A model generated the notes under the pieces. It did not search any database and was not told the origin of the DNA. It saw nothing but the letters and a program-made list of their open reading frames with translations. Positions 9,927 through 19,764 of a stretch of DNA of 64,000 nt are shown one piece after another. Positions within the stretch are counted from its first letter, which is position 1; each line of letters starts with the position of its first letter. A program made the position numbers and the translations under genes. This DNA comes from Prochlorococcus sp. AG-463-P14 (lineage in GTDB: Bacteria; Cyanobacteriota; Cyanobacteriia; PCC-6307; Cyanobiaceae): contig QCRX01000002.1 in NCBI GenBank assembly GCA_003209275.1, forward strand, positions 7,132-71,131, written 5' to 3'.

Positions 9927-10004
9927 TCTGATGATCCCTCAACAGTGGTGGATGAATCTCATTTCTTCTTTTCCACCTTCCCATGTCAGGTGCAAATTTA
10001 TACT

Positions 10005-10016
10005 GAAATGCATTTC
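10005..10016. repeat. Perfect 12-bp palindrome GAAATGCATTTC in the acnB / DAHP-synthase divergent spacer
   Basis: Read directly from the sequence. It is immediately preceded by TATACT (9999-10004), a -10-like hexamer on the plus strand. Confidence 0.9.
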
Positions 10017-10072
10017 ATTGATGCTCTGACCTTGTACATTCCTTAGCTTAGGTAGACAGTGATTCGATAGAA

Positions 10073-11131
10073 ATGACCACCACTTCTGATTTGCATGTGG
10101 TGGATACCCGTCCATTACTACCCCCTGCTTTGCTCCACAAGGAGCTACCTATTGATTTTCAAGCTGCTCATACGGTCTCAAGCGCACGTGAGAACATTCA
10201 GTCAATTTTGACTGCCCAGAATCAACGTGCTTTGGTAATTGTTGGTCCTTGTTCGGTCCATGATATTGATGCAGCAATGGACTATGCAACTCAACTTCAG
10301 TCTTTAAGAGAGCGTTATCAAGAACATTTGGAAATTGTAATGAGAGTTTATTTCGAAAAACCTCGCACAACTGTTGGATGGAAAGGCCTTATTAATGATC
10401 CTCATTTAGATGGCTCATATGATATCAATACCGGATTAAAACGTGCTCGGTCGCTGTTGTTGGAATTAGCTCGTCAAGGAATGCCTGCAGCGACTGAGTT
10501 ATTGGATCCTGTGGTTCCTCAATATATTGCTGATCTAATTAGTTGGACGGCTATCGGTGCAAGAACTACTGAAAGTCAAACTCATCGAGAAATGGCTTCT
10601 GGTTTATCTATGCCAATTGGATATAAAAATGGCACAGATGGCACTGCCACGATTGCTATTAATGCGATGGAAGCAGCAGCTAAACCCCATCATTTCTTGG
10701 GAATTAATAGTGAGGGGCATGCTTCGATTGTTAGCACAACAGGCAATCCTGATGGCCATCTTGTTCTTCGAGGTGGTAGCTCAGGGACGAATTATCATCC
10801 TGAAGCTGTGCAAAATGTCACTGATGAACTTCGGAAAGTGGGGGTATGTGATCGAGTAATGGTTGATTGCAGCCATGGAAATTCGAATAAGGATTTTCGG
10901 AGACAGTCTCAGGTTTTGTTGTCTGTTGCTGATCAGTTACGCCAAGGTTCTACTCAACTTTTAGGAGTGATGCTTGAAAGTCATCTTGTTGAAGGAAATC
11001 AGAAACTCACTAAAGATTTATCTGCTCTTGCTTATGGACAAAGTATTACTGATGCATGTATTGATATGTCTACAACAGAACAGTTGCTTGATGAGCTTGC
11101 AAATGCGGTCTCTTCATTTTCTGAAGTTTGA
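10073..11131 (+). CDS. aroG: 3-deoxy-D-arabino-heptulosonate-7-phosphate synthase, class I
   Basis: 352 aa of the AroF/G/H type (GPCSVHD, YFEKPRTTVGWKGLINDP, VDCSHGNS). Which isoenzyme it is cannot be determined. Confidence 0.9.
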   Translation: MTTTSDLHVVDTRPLLPPALLHKELPIDFQAAHTVSSARENIQSILTAQNQRALVIVGPCSVHDIDAAMDYATQLQSLRERYQEHLEIVMRVYFEKPRTTVGWKGLINDPHLDGSYDINTGLKRARSLLLELARQGMPAATELLDPVVPQYIADLISWTAIGARTTESQTHREMASGLSMPIGYKNGTDGTATIAINAMEAAAKPHHFLGINSEGHASIVSTTGNPDGHLVLRGGSSGTNYHPEAVQNVTDELRKVGVCDRVMVDCSHGNSNKDFRRQSQVLLSVADQLRQGSTQLLGVMLESHLVEGNQKLTKDLSALAYGQSITDACIDMSTTEQLLDELANAVSSFSEV

Positions 11132-11142
11132 CTTAGGCGACA

Positions 11143-11796
11143 TTAACTTCCGGTAAACCAACTCCATGCATACGCAACACCAATCGGGACGGTTAGATTG
11201 TCTATCCCGTAGGGCCCGATCTGTTCAAGGAAAATAGCCAAGAAAGATATACCTACAATATGAATAGGATTACAATTCACTCCGCTGATACTTGATATGA
11301 GAAAGAGTGTTATACCTCCAACGATGCCCATTGATAAGCTCCCAGCAACTGATTTACGTTGTCCAAAGACTGTCCAGCTTGGGGAGCTCAATTGACGACC
11401 TATTAATCCAGCAAAACCATCTCCGAATGCCATTACCAGAACTCCTGCACTAACTGCAGATGCTTTGTTTGGCCAAAACATAATTAAAAGTAAAGTAATG
11501 CTGATTCCGTAGGCAATAGTTCCATAGGTTTGACGTGTGACATCTTCAAAAGTCTCAACTAATCGCAACCAGTTGTTGATTATTAGTGCGATGGTGATTA
11601 TTAATGAACAGCCAATAGCTAGGTTTGCGGGTATTTTTAACCACCAAGCGAGCGGAATGATAGGACCAGTGCCGATATGAACAATTTTTCGACTTAATTC
11701 TTTTTTTGTAGGAAATTGCTGCTTGCTGACAATTGCAGCAAGCAGCACAAGAGCTATCCAGCCAATAATAACGAGCAAAGAGTTGACGTGCGCCAA
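11143..11796 (-). CDS. Phytol kinase / dolichol kinase family (CTP-dependent) membrane protein
   Basis: 217 aa with about 6 TM helices and the motif SRKIVHIGTGP. TTG start. Confidence 0.6.
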   Translation of the reverse strand: MAHVNSLLVIIGWIALVLLAAIVSKQQFPTKKELSRKIVHIGTGPIIPLAWWLKIPANLAIGCSLIITIALIINNWLRLVETFEDVTRQTYGTIAYGISITLLLIMFWPNKASAVSAGVLVMAFGDGFAGLIGRQLSSPSWTVFGQRKSVAGSLSMGIVGGITLFLISSISGVNCNPIHIVGISFLAIFLEQIGPYGIDNLTVPIGVAYAWSWFTGS

Positions 11797-11804
11797 TCCT
11801 TTAT

Positions 11805-12833
11805 CTAAGCCGCTTGTTGATGGGTAGTCATTACTCTCAACTTGAGAATGGCTTTTGCTTCTAGTTGTCTGACACGTTCTCTGGAAACATTAATTTGTCG
11901 GCCAATCTCAGCAAGTGTTAATGGCTCTTCACCGTCTAGTCCAAAACGTAAACGTAGGATCTTTTGCTCTCTTTCGTTAAGTTGCGAAAGCCAACCTCCG
12001 AGGTGCTCTTTTTGAATACTTCGGTCCATTCCTTCCATTGGCTCTTCACCATTGGGATCTGGAATTAATTCTCCAAGAGTGCTTCGGTCTTCTTCGCCTC
12101 TTGCATGTGCGTCCAATGAGGCACATGGTGCACTTTGCGCGACTAGATCTTCAAGATCTTTTGGTTCTATTCCCATTGCATGAGCAAGTTCAAGCCGATT
12201 TGGTTGTCGCCCAAAACGATGAGATAGCTCTCTAGAAATTCTGCGCATTTTTGAGAGTTTTTCACTTATATGAATCGGAAGACGAATTGTTCTTGCACTA
12301 TTGTCGATAGCTCTTGTCATTCCTTGTCGAATCCACCAATAGGCATACGTCGAAAATTTATAACCCATTGCAGGGTCGAATTTATCTACAGCTCTTTCTA
12401 GGCCAATAGCGCCTTCTTGTACTAAGTCCAAAAGCTCAAGGCCTTGATTCTGATATTTTTTGGCGACACTTACTACGAGTCTTAGATTGGCTGCCATCAT
12501 TCGATCTCTGGCACGCTTACCCATTCGAATCTGATGTCGTTGCCGACGGGTTTGCTCTTCTTTTGGCAAGTTGAGCAGTTCTTTCATTGACTGCACATGA
12601 TGAGCCAATTCAATTTCTTCTGCGGCTGTAAGCAGAGGAATTCTGCCAATACTGCTTAAGTAGAAACCAATTGCATCAGTTCCCAAGCGACCATTGTGCC
12701 GCTGCTGACTTCGCGAACCTTGAGTTTTTCGACTGCTTTTTTCTGTTCGTCGAGAAGAAACACATGGCAAATTGGGTTTTTCTGATTTGGCATCAAAAGC
12801 ACCCTTTGCAGGTTCCAGAGGGATCCCCATCAC
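11805..12833 (-). CDS. RNA polymerase sigma-70 factor, group 2 (RpoD-like)
   Basis: Regions 1.2-4.2 are recognisable (DAIGFYLSSIGRIPLLT, NLRLVVSVAKKY, STYAYWWIRQG, LTLAEIGRQINVSRERVRQLE). AGGAGG lies upstream of GTG/ATG at 12833/12830. Confidence 0.9.
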   Translation of the reverse strand: MMGIPLEPAKGAFDAKSEKPNLPCVSSRRTEKSSRKTQGSRSQQRHNGRLGTDAIGFYLSSIGRIPLLTAAEEIELAHHVQSMKELLNLPKEEQTRRQRHQIRMGKRARDRMMAANLRLVVSVAKKYQNQGLELLDLVQEGAIGLERAVDKFDPAMGYKFSTYAYWWIRQGMTRAIDNSARTIRLPIHISEKLSKMRRISRELSHRFGRQPNRLELAHAMGIEPKDLEDLVAQSAPCASLDAHARGEEDRSTLGELIPDPNGEEPMEGMDRSIQKEHLGGWLSQLNEREQKILRLRFGLDGEEPLTLAEIGRQINVSRERVRQLEAKAILKLRVMTTHQQAA

Positions 12834-13031
12834 CCTGGCCTCCTAAAATTAGATTTGGCCGGAATTTAGCACTTATAAAGCAAGTGAGACGTATGGAATC
12901 GGAAATCTTTCAGTAGCCCACAAAATTTCGAAGCAAATTTGATCTATCTAGGTATTAAACGAAGCATAAGGGTGCTTGATATTTGCGAATTATCAAAAGC
13001 GAATGGTTTTATTGAAAATTTCAGTCATTGC

Positions 13032-15152
13032 TCATCGTTTACACCAAATGTCTATGAGTTGGTTTTGTGAGCAACGCTCTTCGCCATTTGGCTTGTTTTG
13101 GATAAAGCTTCCGTTGCTTTTCATTTCCCAACTACCTCGGTTGTCATTTAGATAAAGCTCCAAGAGATCCTCTAATTCCTTTCTAAGAATTGGATCTTCA
13201 ATAGGTGTAACTGCTTCTACGCGTCTATCTAGGTTTCTGCGCATCCAATCAGCACTTCCTATATAGGCTTCTGGATTTCCATCATTTGAAAACCAAAAAA
13301 CACGTGAATGCTCGAGGAATCTTCCAATAATGCTTATTACACGAATGTTTTCACTAAGACCTTTTCTACCAGGGTAGAGGCAACACATTCCTCGCACTAT
13401 TAATTCGATTTTAACTCCTGCATCCGACGCTTCATAAAGCAAGTTGATAATCGCAGGATCTACAAGGGAATTCATCTTTGCGCGAATGTGACCTTCTTTA
13501 CCTGCTTTGACGTGTTTGATTTCTCGAACAATTAATGATTCCATTCCTGACCTTAAACTGACAGGCGCCACTAGAAGTTTTCTAAAGACTTGTTGCTTTG
13601 AAAAACCAGTTAGATAATTAAAGAGTTCAACCAAATCTTGGCCGAGTTCTGGCTTTGCTGATAGCAAACCAAGATCTGTATAGCTCTTGGATGTTTTTGA
13701 GTTGTAGTTTCCAGTCCCAATATGAAAATAACTTCTTAGCCGATTTTTTTCTTTGCGAATTACCAAAGCAATCTTTGTGTGTGTTTTTAGCCCTAGAACG
13801 CCATAAACAACATGAACGCCTGACTGCTCAAGATGACGTGCCCATTGAATATTATTGTCTTCATCAAAACGCGCTTTTAGTTCAACAAGTGCCATAACCT
13901 GTTTCCCATTTTCAGCAGCACGAATCAGAGCATTTATGATTTTAGAGTCTTTAGATACTCTATATAAAGTCATCTTGATGCCCATGACCAATGGATCATT
14001 TGCTGACTGATTAATGAATTCCTCAATAGAAGTTGTAAACAGGTCATATGGATGATGTAGTAATAGATCTTTCCGTCTAATAATTGAAAAGATACTTTTG
14101 AACTCTTCTTGCTTGAGCACACCTTCGTCTAATAAATCTTGTTGACTAGGTCTAAGTATTTGAGGTGTCTTACCGCTGAGTGGAGGGTATTTTATATGTG
14201 ATAAATCTATACTTGTTAATTCAAATAATTCATCCAGTCCGAGTAGTCCTTTAATTCTATAAAGATCGTCATCTTGCACTGCCATGCCATCCATTAGCAA
14301 GTCTAAAATTTCTATAGGCATATCATCGGAGACTTCTAGACGTACTACTTCTCCTCCCATTCGACGTTTGCGCAATCCTTGCTCCAGAGCACTCATTAGG
14401 TCGTCTGCTTCTATATCTCTTAATTCAAGATCTGCATCTCTAGTAACTCTGAAAAAATAATGCTCTTGAACTTCCATTCCTGGGAAAAGGAGGTGTAAGT
14501 TATATGCCACTACTTGCTCTATTGGAATTAACGTATAAAGGGGCTCAGATTCTATTTCACTTAAATCTTTTGGAACAGTAATGAATCTCTCCATTGTTTT
14601 CTGCGGTATTTTAATTCTTGCAAATTGTTTTTGTCCTGTATCAAACTCATGTATTAGTACAGCAATATTAAGGCTTAAACTGCTAACGAAAGGAAATGGG
14701 TGAGCGGGATCCACCCCTAATGGTGTTAAGACTGGAAAAATTGCGGTTTTGAAATAATTATCAATCCATACCTTTTGCCTATAGTTGAGATCTTGATAGT
14801 CCATTATGTGGACTTTGTGATCAACTAATTTGACCTTCAAGTTTGTTAGAAAGTGCTCTTGTTGTTGCTTTATCAGTGGAATTAAATGAACTCTTATGTT
14901 TTTTAGTTGTTCCTTAGGTGATAGTCCATCCTCACTTTTTTTGCTTACCCCAGCCTCGACTTGAGATTTTAATGAAGCTACTCTAACCATGAAAAATTCA
15001 TCTAAATTATTGCTAAAAATTGCGCTAAATTTTGCTTGTTCAAGTAATGGAGTTCGGACGTCAGTTGCCTCTAGAAGTACTCTTTTATTGAATTCAATCC
15101 AACTTAGTTCACGATTGATGTAGTTGTTCTCTGTCGTTTTATTCTTGGTCAT
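13032..15152 (-). CDS. ppk: Polyphosphate kinase 1
   Basis: 706 aa PPK1 (NRELSWIEFNKRVL, GLKTHTKIALV, two PLD-like C-terminal domains). Confidence 0.95.
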   Translation of the reverse strand: MTKNKTTENNYINRELSWIEFNKRVLLEATDVRTPLLEQAKFSAIFSNNLDEFFMVRVASLKSQVEAGVSKKSEDGLSPKEQLKNIRVHLIPLIKQQQEHFLTNLKVKLVDHKVHIMDYQDLNYRQKVWIDNYFKTAIFPVLTPLGVDPAHPFPFVSSLSLNIAVLIHEFDTGQKQFARIKIPQKTMERFITVPKDLSEIESEPLYTLIPIEQVVAYNLHLLFPGMEVQEHYFFRVTRDADLELRDIEADDLMSALEQGLRKRRMGGEVVRLEVSDDMPIEILDLLMDGMAVQDDDLYRIKGLLGLDELFELTSIDLSHIKYPPLSGKTPQILRPSQQDLLDEGVLKQEEFKSIFSIIRRKDLLLHHPYDLFTTSIEEFINQSANDPLVMGIKMTLYRVSKDSKIINALIRAAENGKQVMALVELKARFDEDNNIQWARHLEQSGVHVVYGVLGLKTHTKIALVIRKEKNRLRSYFHIGTGNYNSKTSKSYTDLGLLSAKPELGQDLVELFNYLTGFSKQQVFRKLLVAPVSLRSGMESLIVREIKHVKAGKEGHIRAKMNSLVDPAIINLLYEASDAGVKIELIVRGMCCLYPGRKGLSENIRVISIIGRFLEHSRVFWFSNDGNPEAYIGSADWMRRNLDRRVEAVTPIEDPILRKELEDLLELYLNDNRGSWEMKSNGSFIQNKPNGEERCSQNQLIDIWCKR

Positions 15153-15229
15153 TTAATAATATTTGTTGTTGAGTTGGATGCATTGTTGGTGAGAAATGAG
15201 AAAGCATGATTTTTATCATCTTAAACATT

Positions 15230-16513
15230 TTATATCTCTGCAATTTTTTTATTTCCTAGCGAACCACTACCTGCAATGAGTGTGACTACTATTAATAGGA
15301 GAAAAATGGTTCCAAAAAAAGGACTTTTTTGACCAAACAGATCGTATGCGAAGCCTGCAGCACTCGCCCCAAGAAAAGTACCGAGACTTTGTAAGCCTTG
15401 AAGACTGCCTAAAACTGCTCCTTGTCCAGCACTGTCTAATCTTCTTGAGATTAACGCCCGTAAGCATGGGGTTACGAGACCTGTCCCAATCGCAAGCATC
15501 GCTACAGCGCTAAACACCATTTGTATGGAGTTCTCTGCCTTGGCAAGTGTTAAGAGGAGGCAACCAGAGATTACAAAACCTATTCCACTAAGAGTTAGAC
15601 GCCATTCTCCGAATTGATTCACAAGAGGACCTATTAAGCCTCCTTGCACAACCATTGCAACGACTCCCACAACAACAAAGGCTTGACTTGAGAGTTGTGG
15701 ACTCCAATTAAACGCTTCTTTTAAGTACAACACTAAAACAGCTGTGAATCCGTTAAAAGCCATAAAAAATATGAAGAAGCTTAGACAAAGTCTGCGTGAT
15801 AAAGGGTTGGTGAATACAAATTTTAGTTGGGAAAATGGATTTAAATCTCTTTTCCGAGGCAAAGAACTTCTTTGTGATACTGCAAGAGTCTCGGGGAGAA
15901 TCCATATCACTAGTATTAAATTTGTTATTGCAAATCCTGTGGCTGCCCAAACAGGGAGAGTGACACTAAATTTTGCTAAAGTTGTACCTAATCCAGGGCC
16001 AAGTACAAAGCCTAAGCCAAAGGCAACCCCTATTAATCCAAAAGTTTTTGCACGGTTTTTTGGAGTAGAGATATCAGCAAGCACTGCTGTTGCAGTTGCA
16101 GCAGTTCCACCACTAATACCATCAATAATTCTCGCTATAAAAAGCATTGCTAAAGGTAAGCTAGATGCCCAGAGTGGAAGAAAACTATCCCAGCTTAGGC
16201 TGACAGTAATAGCAAAAGTGCACAGTCCTATTACTGAACCTACGACGCATGTGATGATTACTGGCTTTCGTCCAAACCGGTCACTTAGTGCGCCAATTAA
16301 AGGAGCTACCGCAAATTGTGAAATTGCATAAGTACCTGCTAGCAAACCAAGAGTGCTTCCGCTTTTTGTGAAACGCTCTAATAGAAAAGGTAATAATGGA
16401 AAGACTATCGTTTCTCCTAATCGGTCATTTAAAAGCGTGATGAACGCACTGAGGAGAGTAGAAAATTTGGACCTTTGCACAGGGCAGCTTCTGAATGGTT
16501 TCCAACATCTCAT
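15230..16513 (-). CDS. MFS transporter (drug:H+ antiporter-like)
   Basis: 427 aa, 12 predicted TM helices, MFS motif A GALSDRFGRKP. The true start may be an internal GTG. Confidence 0.8.
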   Translation of the reverse strand: MRCWKPFRSCPVQRSKFSTLLSAFITLLNDRLGETIVFPLLPFLLERFTKSGSTLGLLAGTYAISQFAVAPLIGALSDRFGRKPVIITCVVGSVIGLCTFAITVSLSWDSFLPLWASSLPLAMLFIARIIDGISGGTAATATAVLADISTPKNRAKTFGLIGVAFGLGFVLGPGLGTTLAKFSVTLPVWAATGFAITNLILVIWILPETLAVSQRSSLPRKRDLNPFSQLKFVFTNPLSRRLCLSFFIFFMAFNGFTAVLVLYLKEAFNWSPQLSSQAFVVVGVVAMVVQGGLIGPLVNQFGEWRLTLSGIGFVISGCLLLTLAKAENSIQMVFSAVAMLAIGTGLVTPCLRALISRRLDSAGQGAVLGSLQGLQSLGTFLGASAAGFAYDLFGQKSPFFGTIFLLLIVVTLIAGSGSLGNKKIAEI

Positions 16514-16527
16514 AAAGCCTATTCATT

Positions 16528-17025
16528 TTGACGGATAGGTTTTCCAAAATGCCGCAAGAATTTCGTTTGGAACAATTGAAAGATTCTCATCATCTAGCAG
16601 CTAGAGCTGTTTATGCCGATGCAATAGAGTCTCATGGTGGTGATTTGTATAGCAAAAAACAAATCGCTGCTTGGTCAGCTTTAGCTTGGTTGCCTGGCAT
16701 TCTTGATAGACCCTTGAACGAAGGGAATGGCTGGGCGATCTTTGAAAATGAGGCTTTAGCTGCCTTTGCAGTGAGATTTCCTCAAAATCGTTTAGCTCTT
16801 CTTTATTGTCGTGGTAAATCGATTCGCAGAGGTTATGCCACTATTTTGCTACATCAAGTTGAGCTAGATGCTAGAGCAGAAGGTCAAAAAAACTTATTTG
16901 CAGATGCGAGCTTATTTAGCTATTCATTATTATTAAAATATTCTTGGAGTATTATATATCCTGAAAAGATATCTATTGGAGGTATAGAATTTGATCGTTA
17001 TTTAATGAAAAAAGTTCTTGATTAA
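16528..17025 (+). CDS. GNAT-family N-acetyltransferase (start more likely ATG 16549)
   Basis: About 158-165 aa with an acetyl-CoA-binding-like segment (RGKSIRRGYATILL). Confidence 0.55.
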   Translation: MTDRFSKMPQEFRLEQLKDSHHLAARAVYADAIESHGGDLYSKKQIAAWSALAWLPGILDRPLNEGNGWAIFENEALAAFAVRFPQNRLALLYCRGKSIRRGYATILLHQVELDARAEGQKNLFADASLFSYSLLLKYSWSIIYPEKISIGGIEFDRYLMKKVLD

Positions 17026-18095
17026 AAGGCTTCTTCGGATTGTATTGTTGCCCGCCACTTGATTAAAGTTTTCAATGTTTTTTTAGCTGATCCTGAAGTT
17101 AAGCATGATTCTGCTTGTGAAATTCCCTCATTTAAATTTTTTGCGATTCCTGAGAACCATAAGTAAATTCCAGCATTCCAGCAAAGAATGTCTCTTAGTG
17201 GCCCTTTGCCTTCAAGAGCCATTAAGGCTTCTTCTTTCCAAGGTTGGATTCCTTTCCATTTAATTTCTTTTCCAAAGTAATTATAGTCTTCTGGATTAAG
17301 GATTAGTCTTTTGAATTTTCCCCCCTGGAAATGTCCTGTGATTGATGGACGGTTAATTGGTAAGTCTATGCTTCCTTCTAAACCTTTAATTGTAATAAGG
17401 TTGTCTTCTCCCATGAGTTTTAGTGTTTCCCATAATTTATTTTCAGTAAGGGTATGTACAAAGCCACATATCAATATGTGCGGCCCTTGATGGGCTGTCC
17501 ACATCAGCTCCATTGTTGCTATTGGTGGGCGTTTGCCTATGTCATCTCGATATGTAATTAATCCTTCAGCCAAGGGAAAGTGATTAGGTTGATGAATTAA
17601 TGCAAGATTATATTTGTGGAAACCTGCCTCGACTTGTTTGATTGATAAACCATTTAAATTCAGCCCAATGACTTCGAATAATTCTTGAGGAGTTACGCCG
17701 TATTTTGGCGGCATCCTTTTCCCTCCTTGTAGGACTACTGGCTGCCCATTGCTGAGAAGAATTAGAGAAGTAAGTGGGTAGATCGGTGCTATTCGTTTTC
17801 GTCCGTCGAATGGCATTCCAAAACAAATAGGCCTTCTTTTGTGATCTTGAGAATGGAGTTTTGGGCCTTCTTCTAAGTAAACATCAAGCATTCCAGCAAG
17901 TTCTTGAGGCTCTGGACGCCGAATACGGTGAGCAATCAAAAATGCTCCGATTTGTGCAGGAGTGGGTTGACCTGTGAGGATTAGATCTAGAGCTTCTCTT
18001 GATTCTTCACGACTCATCTCGCGACTGGTTTGCTCTCCACTCCCTATCTTTCCTAACAGGGCTTTAAAACGACTTCTTCCTGATGTTTTCTGCAT
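17022..18095 (-). CDS. Anthranilate phosphoribosyltransferase-like protein (TrpD paralog family)
   Basis: 357 aa with glycosyltransferase family 3 features (FKALLGKIGSG, TPAQIGAFLIAHRIR). Its stop overlaps the GNAT stop (TTAA). Confidence 0.75.
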   Translation of the reverse strand: MQKTSGRSRFKALLGKIGSGEQTSREMSREESREALDLILTGQPTPAQIGAFLIAHRIRRPEPQELAGMLDVYLEEGPKLHSQDHKRRPICFGMPFDGRKRIAPIYPLTSLILLSNGQPVVLQGGKRMPPKYGVTPQELFEVIGLNLNGLSIKQVEAGFHKYNLALIHQPNHFPLAEGLITYRDDIGKRPPIATMELMWTAHQGPHILICGFVHTLTENKLWETLKLMGEDNLITIKGLEGSIDLPINRPSITGHFQGGKFKRLILNPEDYNYFGKEIKWKGIQPWKEEALMALEGKGPLRDILCWNAGIYLWFSGIAKNLNEGISQAESCLTSGSAKKTLKTLIKWRATIQSEEAF

Positions 18096-18879
18096 GATTG
18101 ATGCTCTTCCTGGAACCGTATACCTTGTAGGTGCAGGTCCTGGAGATCCTGACTTGCTTACTGTGAAGGCTCAACGCCTTCTTCGTCAATGCGGTGCTGT
18201 TGTCTATGACTCTTTAGTACCTCAAGAATTGCTTGAGTTAACTTCTAAATCTTGTGAACACCATTTTATTGGCAAGCGGCGTGGGCACCACTCAGTCTCT
18301 CAATCAAAAATTAACTCTATTCTTGTCAAGATGGCTTATCACCATACTTGTGTAGTTCGTTTAAAAGGTGGAGATCCTTTTTTATTTGGACGAGGCGCCG
18401 AGGAGGCGGCTCATTTAAACCGTCTTCAAGTTCCTGTAGAAGTGGTGCCAGGTGTAACAGCTGGAATAGCTGTGCCAGCTTATTTAGGTATTCCTGTTAC
18501 TCATAGATTGGCAGGCTCATCTGTCACATTCGTGACAGGACATGAGGGAGTTGATAAAAGGCGTCCGACAGTTAATTGGAGAGCACTTGCTTTAGCAAGT
18601 GAAGGACTTGTTATTTATATGGGAGTACATAATGTTGAGCATATAGCTAATGAGTTGATAGAAGGAGGCTTAGATCCCTCGACTCCAACAGTAGTAATTC
18701 AACAAGGAACTATTATTGGACAAAGATATGCTAAGGCTCCATTAAGTAAATTAGTGGAGCAAATTAAGAAGATTGGATTTGTTTCTCCAGCAATTATTAT
18801 GATTGGAGGGGCAATTAATTTTCAAGTGAAATCGTGTGCTCCTGAACCAGCCAAAGTTACTATGCCGATACCTTTTTGA
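18094..18879 (+). CDS. cobA: Uroporphyrinogen-III C-methyltransferase (SUMT)
   Basis: MIDALPGTVYLVGAGPGDPDLLT ... RLKGGDPFLFGRG ... VPGVTAG. The track ORF start at 17974 is an antisense extension into the neighbouring gene. ATG 18094 sits 10 codons before the GAGPGD motif. Confidence 0.9.
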   Translation: MIDALPGTVYLVGAGPGDPDLLTVKAQRLLRQCGAVVYDSLVPQELLELTSKSCEHHFIGKRRGHHSVSQSKINSILVKMAYHHTCVVRLKGGDPFLFGRGAEEAAHLNRLQVPVEVVPGVTAGIAVPAYLGIPVTHRLAGSSVTFVTGHEGVDKRRPTVNWRALALASEGLVIYMGVHNVEHIANELIEGGLDPSTPTVVIQQGTIIGQRYAKAPLSKLVEQIKKIGFVSPAIIMIGGAINFQVKSCAPEPAKVTMPIPF

Positions 18880-18919
18880 TAAATCCATATTTGTTCCCTA
18901 AGATTAATATTAGACTTGA

Positions 18920-19762
18920 TCAAGGTTTTTTGAAGCCTAATAGTGAGAGCCATAGCTCTTTGTAGTGCTCAAAAATTGTCAACTGCGTGTTATTTAATTT
19001 TCTGATAGCTCTACATCCAAGACTATTAATAAGTAGCCATTGATCTCCGTCTTCAGGGTTTGGATTGAGAGTAGCTTCTTGAATTACTCCTGCATTGATT
19101 CCTTGCTGTCGCATCACACCAGGTAAGCAACCACTTGCTAGTCGAGGGGTCAACCATTGACCTTTTCTTTGAATTATGAGATTAGCTGTAGTGCCACAAC
19201 AGATTTCTCCAGTAGTACTGAGTAATAAAGCATCATCACATCCAGCTAGGTTTGCTTCGCGCCTTGCTTGTATTGCTTGCCCATATCCAAATGTTTTGCA
19301 ATGACTTAATCTACTATTGGCATTTCGTTTTTCATGACGACTAATTGTAGTTGAAATAGGATGAAAAGACGAAGTCCCATGGGTTATTTCTAACCAGAAG
19401 CGATGATCTGATGATTGAGGATCGGTCGGTGAGATTTCGATGCCTCTTTGATTATTATCTCCTCGACTCCAGTTCAGACGAAGGACACTATTCTCTCCTT
19501 TGATAGATAAACGTTGGATTCCTTCGCTTATTAGAGGCTCTAACCACTTTTGGGTGGGTGGTGTTGCCATTCCCAGAAGTAAGGCACTGTGATGCCAACG
19601 ATGAATATGTTCGCTGAGAAGTTGAGGCTTACCATCTGAAATGAGTATCGTTTCAAAAATTCCATCTCCAAGAGTGAGTCCACGATCTTGTATAGGAACA
19701 CATAATTCGTTTCTTTGCTTCCATTGTTTATTGATCCAGCAAATTTCTGAAAAAATCTCCAT
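18920..19762 (-). CDS. pabC: Class IV aminotransferase fold protein, probable aminodeoxychorismate lyase
   Basis: 280 aa with DRGLTLGDGIFET at the N-terminus, located directly downstream of pabB. Confidence 0.7.
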   Translation of the reverse strand: MEIFSEICWINKQWKQRNELCVPIQDRGLTLGDGIFETILISDGKPQLLSEHIHRWHHSALLLGMATPPTQKWLEPLISEGIQRLSIKGENSVLRLNWSRGDNNQRGIEISPTDPQSSDHRFWLEITHGTSSFHPISTTISRHEKRNANSRLSHCKTFGYGQAIQARREANLAGCDDALLLSTTGEICCGTTANLIIQRKGQWLTPRLASGCLPGVMRQQGINAGVIQEATLNPNPEDGDQWLLINSLGCRAIRKLNNTQLTIFEHYKELWLSLLGFKKP

Positions 19763-19764
19763 TT

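Noticed and set aside
15744-16331. 195-aa ORF antisense to the MFS transporter (similar antisense ORFs at 24978-25331, 30100-30471, 8803-9096, 50414-50713, 23034-23312)
   Set aside because: These are long shadow ORFs opposite strongly supported genes. They have low-complexity composition and no start context or motifs. They are expected on the antisense strand of genes that avoid the reverse complements of stop codons.
17974-18093. 120-nt N-terminal extension of the cobA ORF given in the track
   Set aside because: The extension is antisense to the conserved N-terminus of the TrpD-like gene and encodes an Arg/Ser/Leu-rich shadow sequence. The SUMT domain begins right after ATG 18094.
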